Positions 47,494 to 57,072 of a stretch of DNA of 64,000 nt are shown here, one piece after another (positions within the stretch are counted from its first letter, which is position 1; each line of letters begins with the position of its first letter). The notes beneath the pieces are model-generated. The model was given only the letters and a program-made list of their open reading frames with translations. It was not told the origin of the DNA and did no database searches. The translations under genes and the position numbers were made by a program. The stretch covers positions 6,078-70,077 of the IMG/VR virus record IMGVR_UViG_3300021963_005683, one strand, 5' to 3'. Source of the stretch: a virus.

Positions 47494-47868
47494 TTATTTA
47501 TGAAATTGCTTTATATTTGGTAAATATAAGGAAATATTTTGAATTTTCAAAGAAGTTATAGATAAAGATGCTTTATTTGATGCAATTACCCCTTTATCCA
47601 ATACCTTACCATCCACATCATATACAGTTTCCATTGGACCAGTAATTCTCCAAAATAGCTTTTCACCAATCCAAAATGGATTTTCTAAGTATTTATTAAA
47701 TGTGGTTTCATCCACCTCATAGATAAAGCCATTAGAATCAAAACTAACCTGTATAAAGTATCTTTCTATGAATCCATTTTCATAATCTAAAGCAGTTGGA
47801 TTTGGTACGATAGTTTTTGGTATCTTAATGGTGAACTTATCAATATTTTTAGCTACATCGTTATACAT
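47494..47868 (-). CDS. Hypothetical protein (tail/baseplate region)
   Basis: P.PT..DY..G.I.RYF and W.ITGP; last gene of the tail operon. Confidence 0.6.
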   Translation of the reverse strand: MYNDVAKNIDKFTIKIPKTIVPNPTALDYENGFIERYFIQVSFDSNGFIYEVDETTFNKYLENPFWIGEKLFWRITGPMETVYDVDGKVLDKGVIASNKASLSITSLKIQNISLYLPNIKQFHK

Positions 47869-47869
47869 A

Positions 47870-50224
47870 CTATTCTCTTATGATTCTCCAACTTGCTTCA
47901 ATCGTAGTATCCCATCCGCTTGCTTCCACACTATGTTTTACATTCATAACTTGAAATGCGCCGGTTTTATTATATATTTCAGGTATACCATCTATTCTAA
48001 ATAATTCACCACAACTAATTCCACTTAATCCATCGATAACCAATGTTGCACTAAAATCACTTAAAGTACCTTCATCTTTTTCCGCTTGAATATTCATACC
48101 TTTTATTATAACCCCAGTATCATTAAATATATATGGTAGATTTTTAGTACCATTTTTAAATTTAATAACCTTTTCATCAATTATTTCGGTATCGCTTGGT
48201 TGTTTTTCTGTTGTAGTTTTTTTTGCAGTTGATTTTTCGGGAACATCTGGAAAAGAATTTGTTTCTTCTTTTAGTAGATTTTTTTTAATAATACTACCTT
48301 CTATTCCATCCGCAGATATGTACCCATCTGCATTTTTATAATTAGTATATAATGCATTTCGTTTCACCGTACTCATTAATGCCTTATCTCTAGCAGCATC
48401 GCCGTTTTTCGTTTTTTCATTTAAGATTTCTTCAATAGCACTTGATTGCTGAAATACAGTTTGTCCTGCTATTAAGTTACCTAAATCCATTTCAAATGTA
48501 AATGCCTTAACTATACTATTAATCGTATTAGCTTTAAACCTATAAATTTTATCAGCCTTTAAACTATCAACAGTTATATTATCTAATTTTCTAAAATTAG
48601 TATCTACGATTGTCAAATATCCACTACTTGACGTATTTGGAGCAGTTATTAAATTGAATAAATTAAATGAGTTATCATTTATAGTACCTAATATTGATGC
48701 GAGAAAGTCAGCTCTAGTTGATGATTTTTGCCAAGCTTCAAGAACTATATCATAATTTACAAATATGTTCAAAGCATTACCCAATCTTAAATCGCCTTCA
48801 ACTTTATATTTTATTTTTTTAAATTTAATTTCATCCTTTGAATTTGGGTCTATTAATTCAATTTCTACTTCTTTTTCTGGAATATTAAATTCCAATCCAT
48901 TTATTTTGGCATCAATTGTTTCCTTATCATCTAACATCAAGTTATCAGATTTAGGATTACCTTTTCCAACTTTTATTTTTGGTAACATTCCCGGATATAA
49001 AACATCTTCAGATGAAGAAATTATTTTTCTATGGCTTTGGCAAATTATAGTTGGTTTATTATTTATTTGTTTAAATTGTATATTAAAGTTTTTTGCAGAT
49101 TGCGAACTTACTGAAACGATATAGTTTCCAAAATATTCCAATATAAGATGTAACGATACATATCTTAGTTCGGATGTACTTTGGTCTTTTTTTGTATCAT
49201 TTGGTTTTATGAAATTAAAAGTGTGTGTTTTTAAAAAATCAGTTGGTATTTTTAATAATGGTATATTAAAATCAATTTGCATTTGTTTTAATATAATTTG
49301 CTGTTCCGTTAGTTTTTTATCCCCCTCTTTTAATCCTATTTTTGCAGCAGCTGAAACATTGGCAATTGGTATAGCTAATGAAACAGTATTACCTGCTGAA
49401 ATTGTAATCGATACTTCATATGTTGCATCATCGTTTATAGAATATGTAAAATTAGTGACCTTACCAGCAAACGCATCATATTGTCCTTTACTTTTTACTA
49501 TTTTACCTAAGTACTCTTTATCATCATCTTCATTCATTGCAAAATATTTTGCAAATGTTGTTTCTGTATATATGGTGTAATCCGTTTTTGATACTAAAAT
49601 AGAATCTACCTTCATATCATTAAATGATTTTCCAGTGTAATTGTTTATAGTATCAATTGTATTAGTGTTCGGAGTTTTTGATAATTTTATAAAATCTTTA
49701 TATTTTTCAATTTGATTTTGAGTTATTTCAAAGTTATTTCCAAATTCTAATAATAAATTCATACCAGGTCTACAATAAAACAATTCAAACATTTCCAATT
49801 GCTTTAAAGTAAAACATCTAACAGTTATCTGAGCTTCTTTTAATGCGTTATTTTCACCATCAGTATTTATTTCAATTCTTTCTATTATCGGCATTGGCTT
49901 TCTTAAACCAAATTCTCCTTCGGTTGTAATATATTTACCATCAAAATCGATACCTACAATAGTCTTATTAGCTTCATTTGTTCCAATTAAATCTTTTCCA
50001 TAATTTAATTCGGTATCTAATATGTTACCAATAACACATCCTCTATATGAATTAGGCCCCTTTCCCTTAAATGCCAAAGCCGCATCCAGCTCAATATCTT
50101 TAGCAACGATAGCTGCCGATGTCAATAATGCAAATGGCATTTTAAACATAGCCAATTCCGGTGCTGCTTCTCTAAATTCTAATTCACTTCGAAGCCAGTT
50201 ACTAAGAGGTCTTAAATATAACAT
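47870..50224 (-). CDS. Probable baseplate hub protein
   Basis: Position after the LysM gene; PG..LLLEFG, G.VTNF.Y, DGLSGI..GE.F and V.H.V...GW.T.I (gp27/VgrG-like C-terminus). Confidence 0.6.
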   Translation of the reverse strand: MLYLRPLSNWLRSELEFREAAPELAMFKMPFALLTSAAIVAKDIELDAALAFKGKGPNSYRGCVIGNILDTELNYGKDLIGTNEANKTIVGIDFDGKYITTEGEFGLRKPMPIIERIEINTDGENNALKEAQITVRCFTLKQLEMFELFYCRPGMNLLLEFGNNFEITQNQIEKYKDFIKLSKTPNTNTIDTINNYTGKSFNDMKVDSILVSKTDYTIYTETTFAKYFAMNEDDDKEYLGKIVKSKGQYDAFAGKVTNFTYSINDDATYEVSITISAGNTVSLAIPIANVSAAAKIGLKEGDKKLTEQQIILKQMQIDFNIPLLKIPTDFLKTHTFNFIKPNDTKKDQSTSELRYVSLHLILEYFGNYIVSVSSQSAKNFNIQFKQINNKPTIICQSHRKIISSSEDVLYPGMLPKIKVGKGNPKSDNLMLDDKETIDAKINGLEFNIPEKEVEIELIDPNSKDEIKFKKIKYKVEGDLRLGNALNIFVNYDIVLEAWQKSSTRADFLASILGTINDNSFNLFNLITAPNTSSSGYLTIVDTNFRKLDNITVDSLKADKIYRFKANTINSIVKAFTFEMDLGNLIAGQTVFQQSSAIEEILNEKTKNGDAARDKALMSTVKRNALYTNYKNADGYISADGIEGSIIKKNLLKEETNSFPDVPEKSTAKKTTTEKQPSDTEIIDEKVIKFKNGTKNLPYIFNDTGVIIKGMNIQAEKDEGTLSDFSATLVIDGLSGISCGELFRIDGIPEIYNKTGAFQVMNVKHSVEASGWDTTIEASWRIIRE

Positions 50225-50526
50225 TATTTATTGATTTTTTCTAAATCTTTTAATATATTACCAATGTTTTGTGGTATTCTCAACTGAACACCTGGTTCTA
50301 TATAAAATACAGCATCATTGATATTATTTGCAATTGCAATAATCCACCATAATTTTGAATCACCATAGTAACTTTTAGCTAATATATCCAATCTATCACC
50401 CGCTTCTGAAATAATATAAGTATCATTATCGGATGGTATTACTTTTGGATATATAGTAGATTCATAATATCTTTTTTTGGTATCAGAGTTAACTACAATT
50501 TTAGTATTTGAATATCTACTTGCCAT
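50224..50526 (-). CDS. LysM / tail-X baseplate protein
   Basis: GDRLD.LA..YYGD..LWWIIA.AN, PG.QLRIP. Confidence 0.85.
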   Translation of the reverse strand: MASRYSNTKIVVNSDTKKRYYESTIYPKVIPSDNDTYIISEAGDRLDILAKSYYGDSKLWWIIAIANNINDAVFYIEPGVQLRIPQNIGNILKDLEKINK

Positions 50527-51815
50527 TATTTAATTTCTGTTTGATTTCTAAAATTATATTTGAACTGATTATTTGCGTTATCGTATCCTAATGTATTTTT
50601 AGAATCTACTATTTTCATACCAAATTGTACATTTATAATAGATGGTGTAGATTCTTTATTAGTATCTGCTTCATCTTTTTCCACTCCTTCGAAGTTTGCC
50701 CAAGAAACATTTTCATCAATTGTGAAACTTAAAGTATCAACAAACCCAAACATATTATTATAGAATGATTTTATTGTTAAAAATATAAAATTTGGAGCAA
50801 ACATTGTTTGTTGAGTCGCCCCTTCTTTATATGTAACATTCGATAATTGTTTGTAAGGATAAGCCAATGCTGTTAAATAATTTAATTTTTGTAGCATCAC
50901 ATCTTTTTCTTTTCTAGTTGTACAATACAATTTAAAATCAAAACTTAAACTACGTTCAACGCCACCATATGTATATACCTTAAATGGAGAACCAATGTAT
51001 TTGTATGTGTTCCATTCAGGGGTAACAGTTTCATTTATGCCAGAAATTGTTCCATTAAAATGTACTGAATCGGTTTCACCTAATACTTTAATTTTCATAT
51101 AGGTGTAATTCGAACTTTCTATCGTTTTGGTATCAGTATCATTTAGGTATAAATTATTTTGTATAAAAGTATTTGCAACATCCCAATGTGTATTTTTAGA
51201 TTCTTTCCATCCAACTACAGTCGGAAATGTGTGTCCTTTATCCGCATTTATTCCAAAAATAGGTTCATATTCACTACCCTTTTTGGTTTCTTTTTGAATT
51301 TTTCCGTTGGGCTTTTCTCCTTTTTTAAATGCAAGTTTAATATCATTAGATTGGTTCTTTAATTCCTCTCTGTATTTTTTGATATCTTCTAAACCCTTTT
51401 TACTTCCAAATTTATTAAGTGCTCCAATTGCTGCATTACCCAACATTCCTAATGGAGATGTGCCACCTTGCTTTAATTTAGCAAAAATAGATGCCGGGGC
51501 AGGGTCTTTTTTTATATAATAAGTTTCTCCAGCTTCGATTGCATCTTTAATACCTCTTTGTGTTTTTCCTAATGTTATTGGTTTAGCAAATGGTGTGTTA
51601 TTTTTAAATATAGTATCAGATGGTCTGTTTGCAGAACCTTTTAATAAACCACCAATTTGATTACCAATCATATCAGCCAACGCATTTGGTGAAGATGTAA
51701 GTAATGCGGCAGCTCTTGGCGGATTGATAAGACCTTTACTTTCAATAATAAGTTTACCACTCAACCCATACAGGTCTTTATTTTGTTTTTTGAATAAATC
51801 TTTTATTGTTGCCAT
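50526..51815 (-). CDS. Probable baseplate / tail-tube initiator protein
   Basis: PEW..YKYIG....YTY.G.ERSLSF.F; lies between the tape measure and LysM genes. Confidence 0.6.
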   Translation of the reverse strand: MATIKDLFKKQNKDLYGLSGKLIIESKGLINPPRAAALLTSSPNALADMIGNQIGGLLKGSANRPSDTIFKNNTPFAKPITLGKTQRGIKDAIEAGETYYIKKDPAPASIFAKLKQGGTSPLGMLGNAAIGALNKFGSKKGLEDIKKYREELKNQSNDIKLAFKKGEKPNGKIQKETKKGSEYEPIFGINADKGHTFPTVVGWKESKNTHWDVANTFIQNNLYLNDTDTKTIESSNYTYMKIKVLGETDSVHFNGTISGINETVTPEWNTYKYIGSPFKVYTYGGVERSLSFDFKLYCTTRKEKDVMLQKLNYLTALAYPYKQLSNVTYKEGATQQTMFAPNFIFLTIKSFYNNMFGFVDTLSFTIDENVSWANFEGVEKDEADTNKESTPSIINVQFGMKIVDSKNTLGYDNANNQFKYNFRNQTEIK

Positions 51816-51821
51816 TTATTA

Positions 51822-54665
51822 TTATTTTGCTGCTGCCTTTTGAGTCGACATTGTATTATATAATGTGGATGCTCTATCGTAGTTCAATCTAGTAATTCTC
51901 TTACCATCTAAATAAATTTCTCTAGTAGTATCATCTTTATCGTCTGATGCGAATGCTATAATTTCTATTAATCTAGTAGCTTCAACTAATTGTGCAACCA
52001 TAGCTGCTTGCCAAAATCCTGTATCTTGTGAGGCTGCGGCTAATGTTGCAGATTGTCCTTTCATAGCCTCTTGAGTTGCCAAATCTCGTTCCGTTAATAC
52101 TTTTTGAGCGGCTGCTACTTTATTTTGCTCTTCTACTTTTTTTAATTCTTCATCAGCTGCTTTGGCATCATCACTAAACCAATTATCCCATATACCTTTG
52201 ATACCACCAACCACACCACCAATTGCACCACCAACTGCCGTTCCAATACCAGGAATAATACTACCAATTGCTGCGCCATATCCAGCGTATTCGAGTGCGG
52301 TTGCTCCCGTTTTAATTGCTTTACCCTGATTAACTTTACTTCTATCTCCTTCAGCCATTCCCTGTTCCTGCCTCTGTCCTCCAAAGTAATCTCCAGCCAT
52401 AGATGCGGCTGTTCCCAATACTCCAGTTATACCACCTTTAAGAATACCTTTACCAAGACCACTCATTATACCTTTAACTCCAAATTTTCCAGCGGTTTTT
52501 AATCCTACTTTTGCAACATCATCGGCTCCACTTGCTAATAATGATGTAGTACCTTTAGTAGCTACTGTTTTGGTAGCTGCTTTTGTAGCAGTTTTTTTAG
52601 CTGTCTCTGTTGCTACTTTTGTACTTGCTTTGGTAGCTGCTTTGGTAGCTACTTTTTTTGCAACTACTTTTTTTGCAACTGTTTTGCCGGCTGATTTTTT
52701 AAACATATTGGCTAACCCCTTCATAGGTCCTTTACCAAACATTCCATAAACGGCTGTTGCGGCAATTGCTGTTAAAATTAATCCGGCTGTAATTACTAAC
52801 TTGCCGAGTTCCATTTTAGTAAGTGCAATATCTTTTTGCATATCAGCAGCGGCTTTAGCGGCTCTTTCGGCACCTTCTGCAGCCCACATAGATTTGGCAG
52901 CATCACTACTTAATCCTTTGATACTGATACCATCTTTGAAATATTTTGCCATAGTATTATCAAAGCTATTTCCTAATTGTGCAATAGAACCAACCATTTT
53001 TTCTTGGTCAGTTTGTAAAGGGCCACCTTTACCGCCTTTACCCAATTTCATAATTGTATCCATATCCATTCCAGTTGCCTCTTGCATTGCCTGTCTTTGG
53101 AACATATTCATTTTATCCATATTGATACCTTTCAATTGAGTTCTCAACAAATCAGCTGCTCCTGCGGCATCGCCGGAGGCAAACTTTTGTCTAACTCTCG
53201 AAAGGTCTACTTGCTTTCCTAATAAAGCGGATAATCTCATTTCAGCTTTGATACTATCTTTGTAGTTCAAAACCATATTTTGACCGGCTTGTAAAACTTT
53301 TTGTGCAGCTACACCCATAACTCTAAGTGTTGCTACTTGCTTTATCAAACTTTGTTCGTTACCATAGTTATTTTGTAATAATAATTCAGATGATTCTGCT
53401 AAATCTTCAAATAAAGCATTTACGGGTAACCCGGCTGTTTTGGCAACACTTTCAGCCATACCTAATGTATTAGCCGCAGCTTTACCACTTAAATTACCTA
53501 CTATTCTGAATGTATTAGCTATACTCCCCAATTGGTCTGCCGATGTACCCGTTCTTTTAGCGTACATAGCCATATCCGCACCTACATCTTGTGCGTTTTT
53601 ACCCATCAATCCTAAGTTATTAGATGAGTATTTAGTTGCATCTGCAAATTCTTGCCCAGATACACCTAACTTTACCATATTTGCTTTAGCTGCTCCGGAG
53701 ATTTGAATCACTTGTCCCAAGTTCATTGAGGTTTGTGTCAATTCTGTATTCAATCCGGCGATGGATGTAGCCATCTCATGAGCCATTTCTATACCAATTT
53801 TGTTAAGACCAAATATAGGGTCTGACATGTTAGTACCATCCATATACCATCCCAACAATTGATGAAATGCTGCTCCTAATGCCAATATACCACCAATCAC
53901 ACCCAAACTACCCATATTTGCAATTGCACTTCCCATACCACTAATACCAGGTATTGCGGAAGTTGCACCCGATGCTAAATCTCCAAATCCATCTTTTATT
54001 TGAGATAATTGTTTTTTAGATTCTGCAAATGATTTTGTTAATTCTTTTGTTGTGTCTGTTACTCCGGTTAATTTATCTTTTAATTTAGCAACTTCGGCAT
54101 TACTCTCATCTAAATCAAATATAAAGTCTGTTAAAGCATCATCAGCAGATTGAATACTACTAGCAAGAGATTCGGCAGACATATTCCCCCTTTTGAATTC
54201 TCGCATAGCATCTGCAACAGCGCTTGAATAACTTTCCATTGCAATAGCCGAATTCTTAGCTGCATCAGCTCCTTCTTTTGTATGAAAATTTCCTTCTTTT
54301 AAATTCTTAGCCAATTCACCGCTGTAACCAGTAAGAGCATTTAATTGGTCACCAACTTTTTGAGAAACATCTTTAGTTCTTAAAAAGTTTTTATTAAGTT
54401 TGGTTGCAACAGAAACTAAATCATCATAGTACTCAAATTGTTTTTTAGCTAATTCACCCGTTTCTTGCGTAGCTTTTACTTCTTTTCTCTTTAAAGCAAT
54501 TTTTTCCTTTAATAATTTTACTTCTTTTTCATCTATAACAACCCCCATTTCCTTCGCAATATTCATTTGTTTTAATTGCGCATAGTATCTATCTAAGTCT
54601 TTCGAAGCCTTAGTATCTCTAGCGTTAGCCGCTGATACTTCTTGTTGTTTGGGAGTTTTAGCCAT
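51822..54665 (-). CDS. Tape measure protein
   Basis: 947 aa, Ala/Gly-rich and helical with TM-like segments; downstream of tube and chaperone. Confidence 0.8.
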   Translation of the reverse strand: MAKTPKQQEVSAANARDTKASKDLDRYYAQLKQMNIAKEMGVVIDEKEVKLLKEKIALKRKEVKATQETGELAKKQFEYYDDLVSVATKLNKNFLRTKDVSQKVGDQLNALTGYSGELAKNLKEGNFHTKEGADAAKNSAIAMESYSSAVADAMREFKRGNMSAESLASSIQSADDALTDFIFDLDESNAEVAKLKDKLTGVTDTTKELTKSFAESKKQLSQIKDGFGDLASGATSAIPGISGMGSAIANMGSLGVIGGILALGAAFHQLLGWYMDGTNMSDPIFGLNKIGIEMAHEMATSIAGLNTELTQTSMNLGQVIQISGAAKANMVKLGVSGQEFADATKYSSNNLGLMGKNAQDVGADMAMYAKRTGTSADQLGSIANTFRIVGNLSGKAAANTLGMAESVAKTAGLPVNALFEDLAESSELLLQNNYGNEQSLIKQVATLRVMGVAAQKVLQAGQNMVLNYKDSIKAEMRLSALLGKQVDLSRVRQKFASGDAAGAADLLRTQLKGINMDKMNMFQRQAMQEATGMDMDTIMKLGKGGKGGPLQTDQEKMVGSIAQLGNSFDNTMAKYFKDGISIKGLSSDAAKSMWAAEGAERAAKAAADMQKDIALTKMELGKLVITAGLILTAIAATAVYGMFGKGPMKGLANMFKKSAGKTVAKKVVAKKVATKAATKASTKVATETAKKTATKAATKTVATKGTTSLLASGADDVAKVGLKTAGKFGVKGIMSGLGKGILKGGITGVLGTAASMAGDYFGGQRQEQGMAEGDRSKVNQGKAIKTGATALEYAGYGAAIGSIIPGIGTAVGGAIGGVVGGIKGIWDNWFSDDAKAADEELKKVEEQNKVAAAQKVLTERDLATQEAMKGQSATLAAASQDTGFWQAAMVAQLVEATRLIEIIAFASDDKDDTTREIYLDGKRITRLNYDRASTLYNTMSTQKAAAK

Positions 54666-54678
54666 AGTATTCTAAATC

Positions 54679-54918
54679 TTATTTAAGTTTAGAAACATCA
54701 ATTCCTTGGCTCTTTAGATATGGAACTGCCGTTTTGTCGATTTCTTTTTCAGCAGCTTTGATTTTTTTATCAAAATCATTCCAAATATTTTTTAATGCCG
54801 GGTATTTCTGGAATTTTTTTTCAATCCAACTAGCTTCTCTATTATCACTTTTTTGTGAATAATAGGTTGCAAACAAATCGGTTAAATCTCTAAATTCCTT
54901 TAATGTTATTTTAGACAT
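54679..54918 (-). CDS. Hypothetical protein
   Basis: Starts MSKITLKE; late-type motif upstream. Confidence 0.6.
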   Translation of the reverse strand: MSKITLKEFRDLTDLFATYYSQKSDNREASWIEKKFQKYPALKNIWNDFDKKIKAAEKEIDKTAVPYLKSQGIDVSKLK

Positions 54919-54952
54919 GGTTCTCTATTTAATCTTTTATATAAATATAAGA

Positions 54953-55169
54953 TTATCTTTTTCTTATTGATTCTTTCTTAGGTTGATTCTTTTTTAGTGA
55001 GTCAGCTTCTGCTTTTTTAGTATCCAATAGTTTTCTCATATAAAACTTACGGAATTTTGTAGGCATATTGTAAACATCGCTCCAAGTGAATGAACCATTT
55101 GAGTAATACAATAAATCAAATATCTCCGTATGGAGTAAAGATGAGTAATTAGATGGAAGGGTAAAAAAA
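54953..55169 (-). CDS. Tail assembly chaperone C-terminal extension (gp51-like), probably made by frameshift
   Basis: LH.EIF.L...FTWSDVYNMP...R.FY; no convincing own start; overlaps the upstream gene at a T7 run. Confidence 0.55.
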
Positions 55170-55976
55170 GTCCATCCCAAATGGGATAGAAAGAGCCTCC
55201 TTCTCTCCCGTAATAGGACTTGTATAGTCAAATTTTAAATCGATATCAGGCGTAATAGCTTGAATGTGATTTCTAAAAACTCTGGAATCTTTTGCTAAAA
55301 ATTGATTCTTAATAAAATTTGTAATATGTCCTAAATCGGAATTTCCGTTTACGGAAGTGATAATATATCGTAATCTTGTTGTAATTTCAGATGGATTATC
55401 TTTATTAAATTTAGATAATGCTTCTAAATCGGTTTCTATTTTCTTTTCTAAACCATGTGTTAATAACTGAAACTCAATTTTAGTTCCACTTACAGTAGTA
55501 AATTCGTATCTATTATTTCTATTAAGTACTGAATAATCTATTTCCTTTAAATTTACATTACTCATATCGATAGTGTATTCTACATTATCTTCTGTAATTG
55601 GGTCTGTAACTTTAACATCATATTCAGGACCATATGCTAATACTCTACTTGCTATTAAAATAGCGTTCTTATCTCCCATTAATAAATCGTCAGCCTTTAC
55701 ACCATCTTCTACTACAATTGCTTCTAATAATTTATCTAATACAATTCCTTTACGAATCAAATTTGGAGATGCCAATATATCTTCTTCTTTGGCGGTCATT
55801 AATTTAATTGTAACCTCACCTTTGGATAGTGGGTGTGATTCTGGGTAACCTAATCCCTTTGATGGTAAACTAATAACCTCCGTTGCGAAGTCATATACTT
55901 TTTTAGGTTGTGTAGGTGCAGCTTGTGTTGTTCCTAACCCTCTTTTAACTTGTTGTTCTACGTTTTGTTCTTCCAT
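55149..55976 (-). CDS. Baseplate hub / tail assembly chaperone (gp26-like)
   Basis: LPSKG..Y, MTAKEEDIL, GD.NAIL.A.R..AYG, ends DFFYP. Confidence 0.75.
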   Translation of the reverse strand: MEEQNVEQQVKRGLGTTQAAPTQPKKVYDFATEVISLPSKGLGYPESHPLSKGEVTIKLMTAKEEDILASPNLIRKGIVLDKLLEAIVVEDGVKADDLLMGDKNAILIASRVLAYGPEYDVKVTDPITEDNVEYTIDMSNVNLKEIDYSVLNRNNRYEFTTVSGTKIEFQLLTHGLEKKIETDLEALSKFNKDNPSEITTRLRYIITSVNGNSDLGHITNFIKNQFLAKDSRVFRNHIQAITPDIDLKFDYTSPITGEKEALSIPFGMDFFYPSI

Positions 55977-56016
55977 AATTATAATAACTTAATGTTTATA
56001 TATAAGTATATATAAA

Positions 56017-56048
56017 TAAAAAAAGGAGAACATTTCTGTCCTCCTTTT
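56017..56048 (-). terminator. Rho-independent terminator
   Basis: AAAAGGAG...CTCCTTTT hairpin with a T-tract on the minus strand. Confidence 0.7.
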
Positions 56049-56119
56049 ATATACTACCCAAAAAATATTTTAATTATCTAACCACCTCGCCACGTTGTAA
56101 CCAACTCTATATCTATATA

Positions 56120-56350
56120 CTACGCAGTGTAGTAGTTATCATAATCATCCGCATCCGTAATAGGAAACGATGTTCTCATATACAACTCCCGCTTAGCACG
56201 TTCATATGTGCCCAATGAAATCTCCACTCTCTCGAAGAAATTCACCCTATTCAAATCAAACACATCTACACCCAAATAAAGAGCGCAACTCTCTACATAA
56301 TCACAATACTCACTCAAACTCATTTCGGAAACATTCGATACTCTAGTCAT
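56120..56350 (-). CDS. Small acidic hypothetical protein in its own transcription unit
   Basis: 76-aa ORF with an upstream promoter and flanking terminators. Confidence 0.55.
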   Translation of the reverse strand: MTRVSNVSEMSLSEYCDYVESCALYLGVDVFDLNRVNFFERVEISLGTYERAKRELYMRTSFPITDADDYDNYYTA

Positions 56351-56395
56351 AATAGGGGGGTTTAAGGAGGAGAACCATCTCTCACTCTCATATAA

Positions 56396-56427
56396 TAAAG
56401 GTACGAAATTCTGCTCATATATACAAG
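56396..56427 (-). promoter_or_regulatory. Bacteroidota-type promoter variant
   Basis: CTTG-N20-TACCTTTA. Confidence 0.5.
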
Positions 56428-56475
56428 CCTTTTACCAATTATTTTTAAAATTTGGAATCATTCTAAATAAGACAT

Positions 56476-56507
56476 AAAAAAAGGGATATATTTCTATACC
56501 CCCTTTT
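56476..56507 (-). terminator. Rho-independent terminator after the tail tube gene
   Basis: Minus strand AAAAGGGGGTATAG-AAA-TATATCCCTTTTTTT. Confidence 0.75.
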
Positions 56508-56535
56508 AACTATTTTAAAGTTTATCTATTAGAAA

Positions 56536-57024
56536 TTAGTACTCAAGGATTGCGTAATCATATGATAATGTTAATTCTATCGATAATGGGTCGTTTGAAG
56601 CCCAATCTAATTCACCAAAGTTTGCTGAAGAGATAAATGCTCCTTTTAATGTCCATTGTTCAACTTTATCACCTACTGGTCCTAATAAGAAGAACGTAAT
56701 ATCTTTCTTATAGAAAGCTGCGTATCCATCTCTACCTGTTAGGGATTCGTGCGATTGTCTAATCCACTCCATAACTTGCTGTGCACCTGATGGTACAATT
56801 GGGTCATAAAGAGTGATTGTTACATCATCCCAAGTTGATTTACCTTTAATTTTTCTTTTTACGTTTATGTGGTCTAATTCAACTACTTCCGATGTGAAAG
56901 TTGGTCTACTAGCCGTTTTTATCATATACGATTCTATACCGTTGATTTCCATTATAAATCTATTACCTAACTTTGGTTCAAAGTTGGTATAGAACATTTT
57001 ATCAAACCCTAATACTTCTGGCAT
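56536..57024 (-). CDS. Tail tube protein (gp19-like)
   Basis: FEPK..NRF, W....ITLYDP, W.LKGAF.....FG.LDW; follows the sheath gene. Confidence 0.88.
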   Translation of the reverse strand: MPEVLGFDKMFYTNFEPKLGNRFIMEINGIESYMIKTASRPTFTSEVVELDHINVKRKIKGKSTWDDVTITLYDPIVPSGAQQVMEWIRQSHESLTGRDGYAAFYKKDITFFLLGPVGDKVEQWTLKGAFISSANFGELDWASNDPLSIELTLSYDYAILEY

Positions 57025-57072
57025 TTTCTTCTCTATTTAATTGTTTCTTTATATAAATATCTATTTTTTAAA

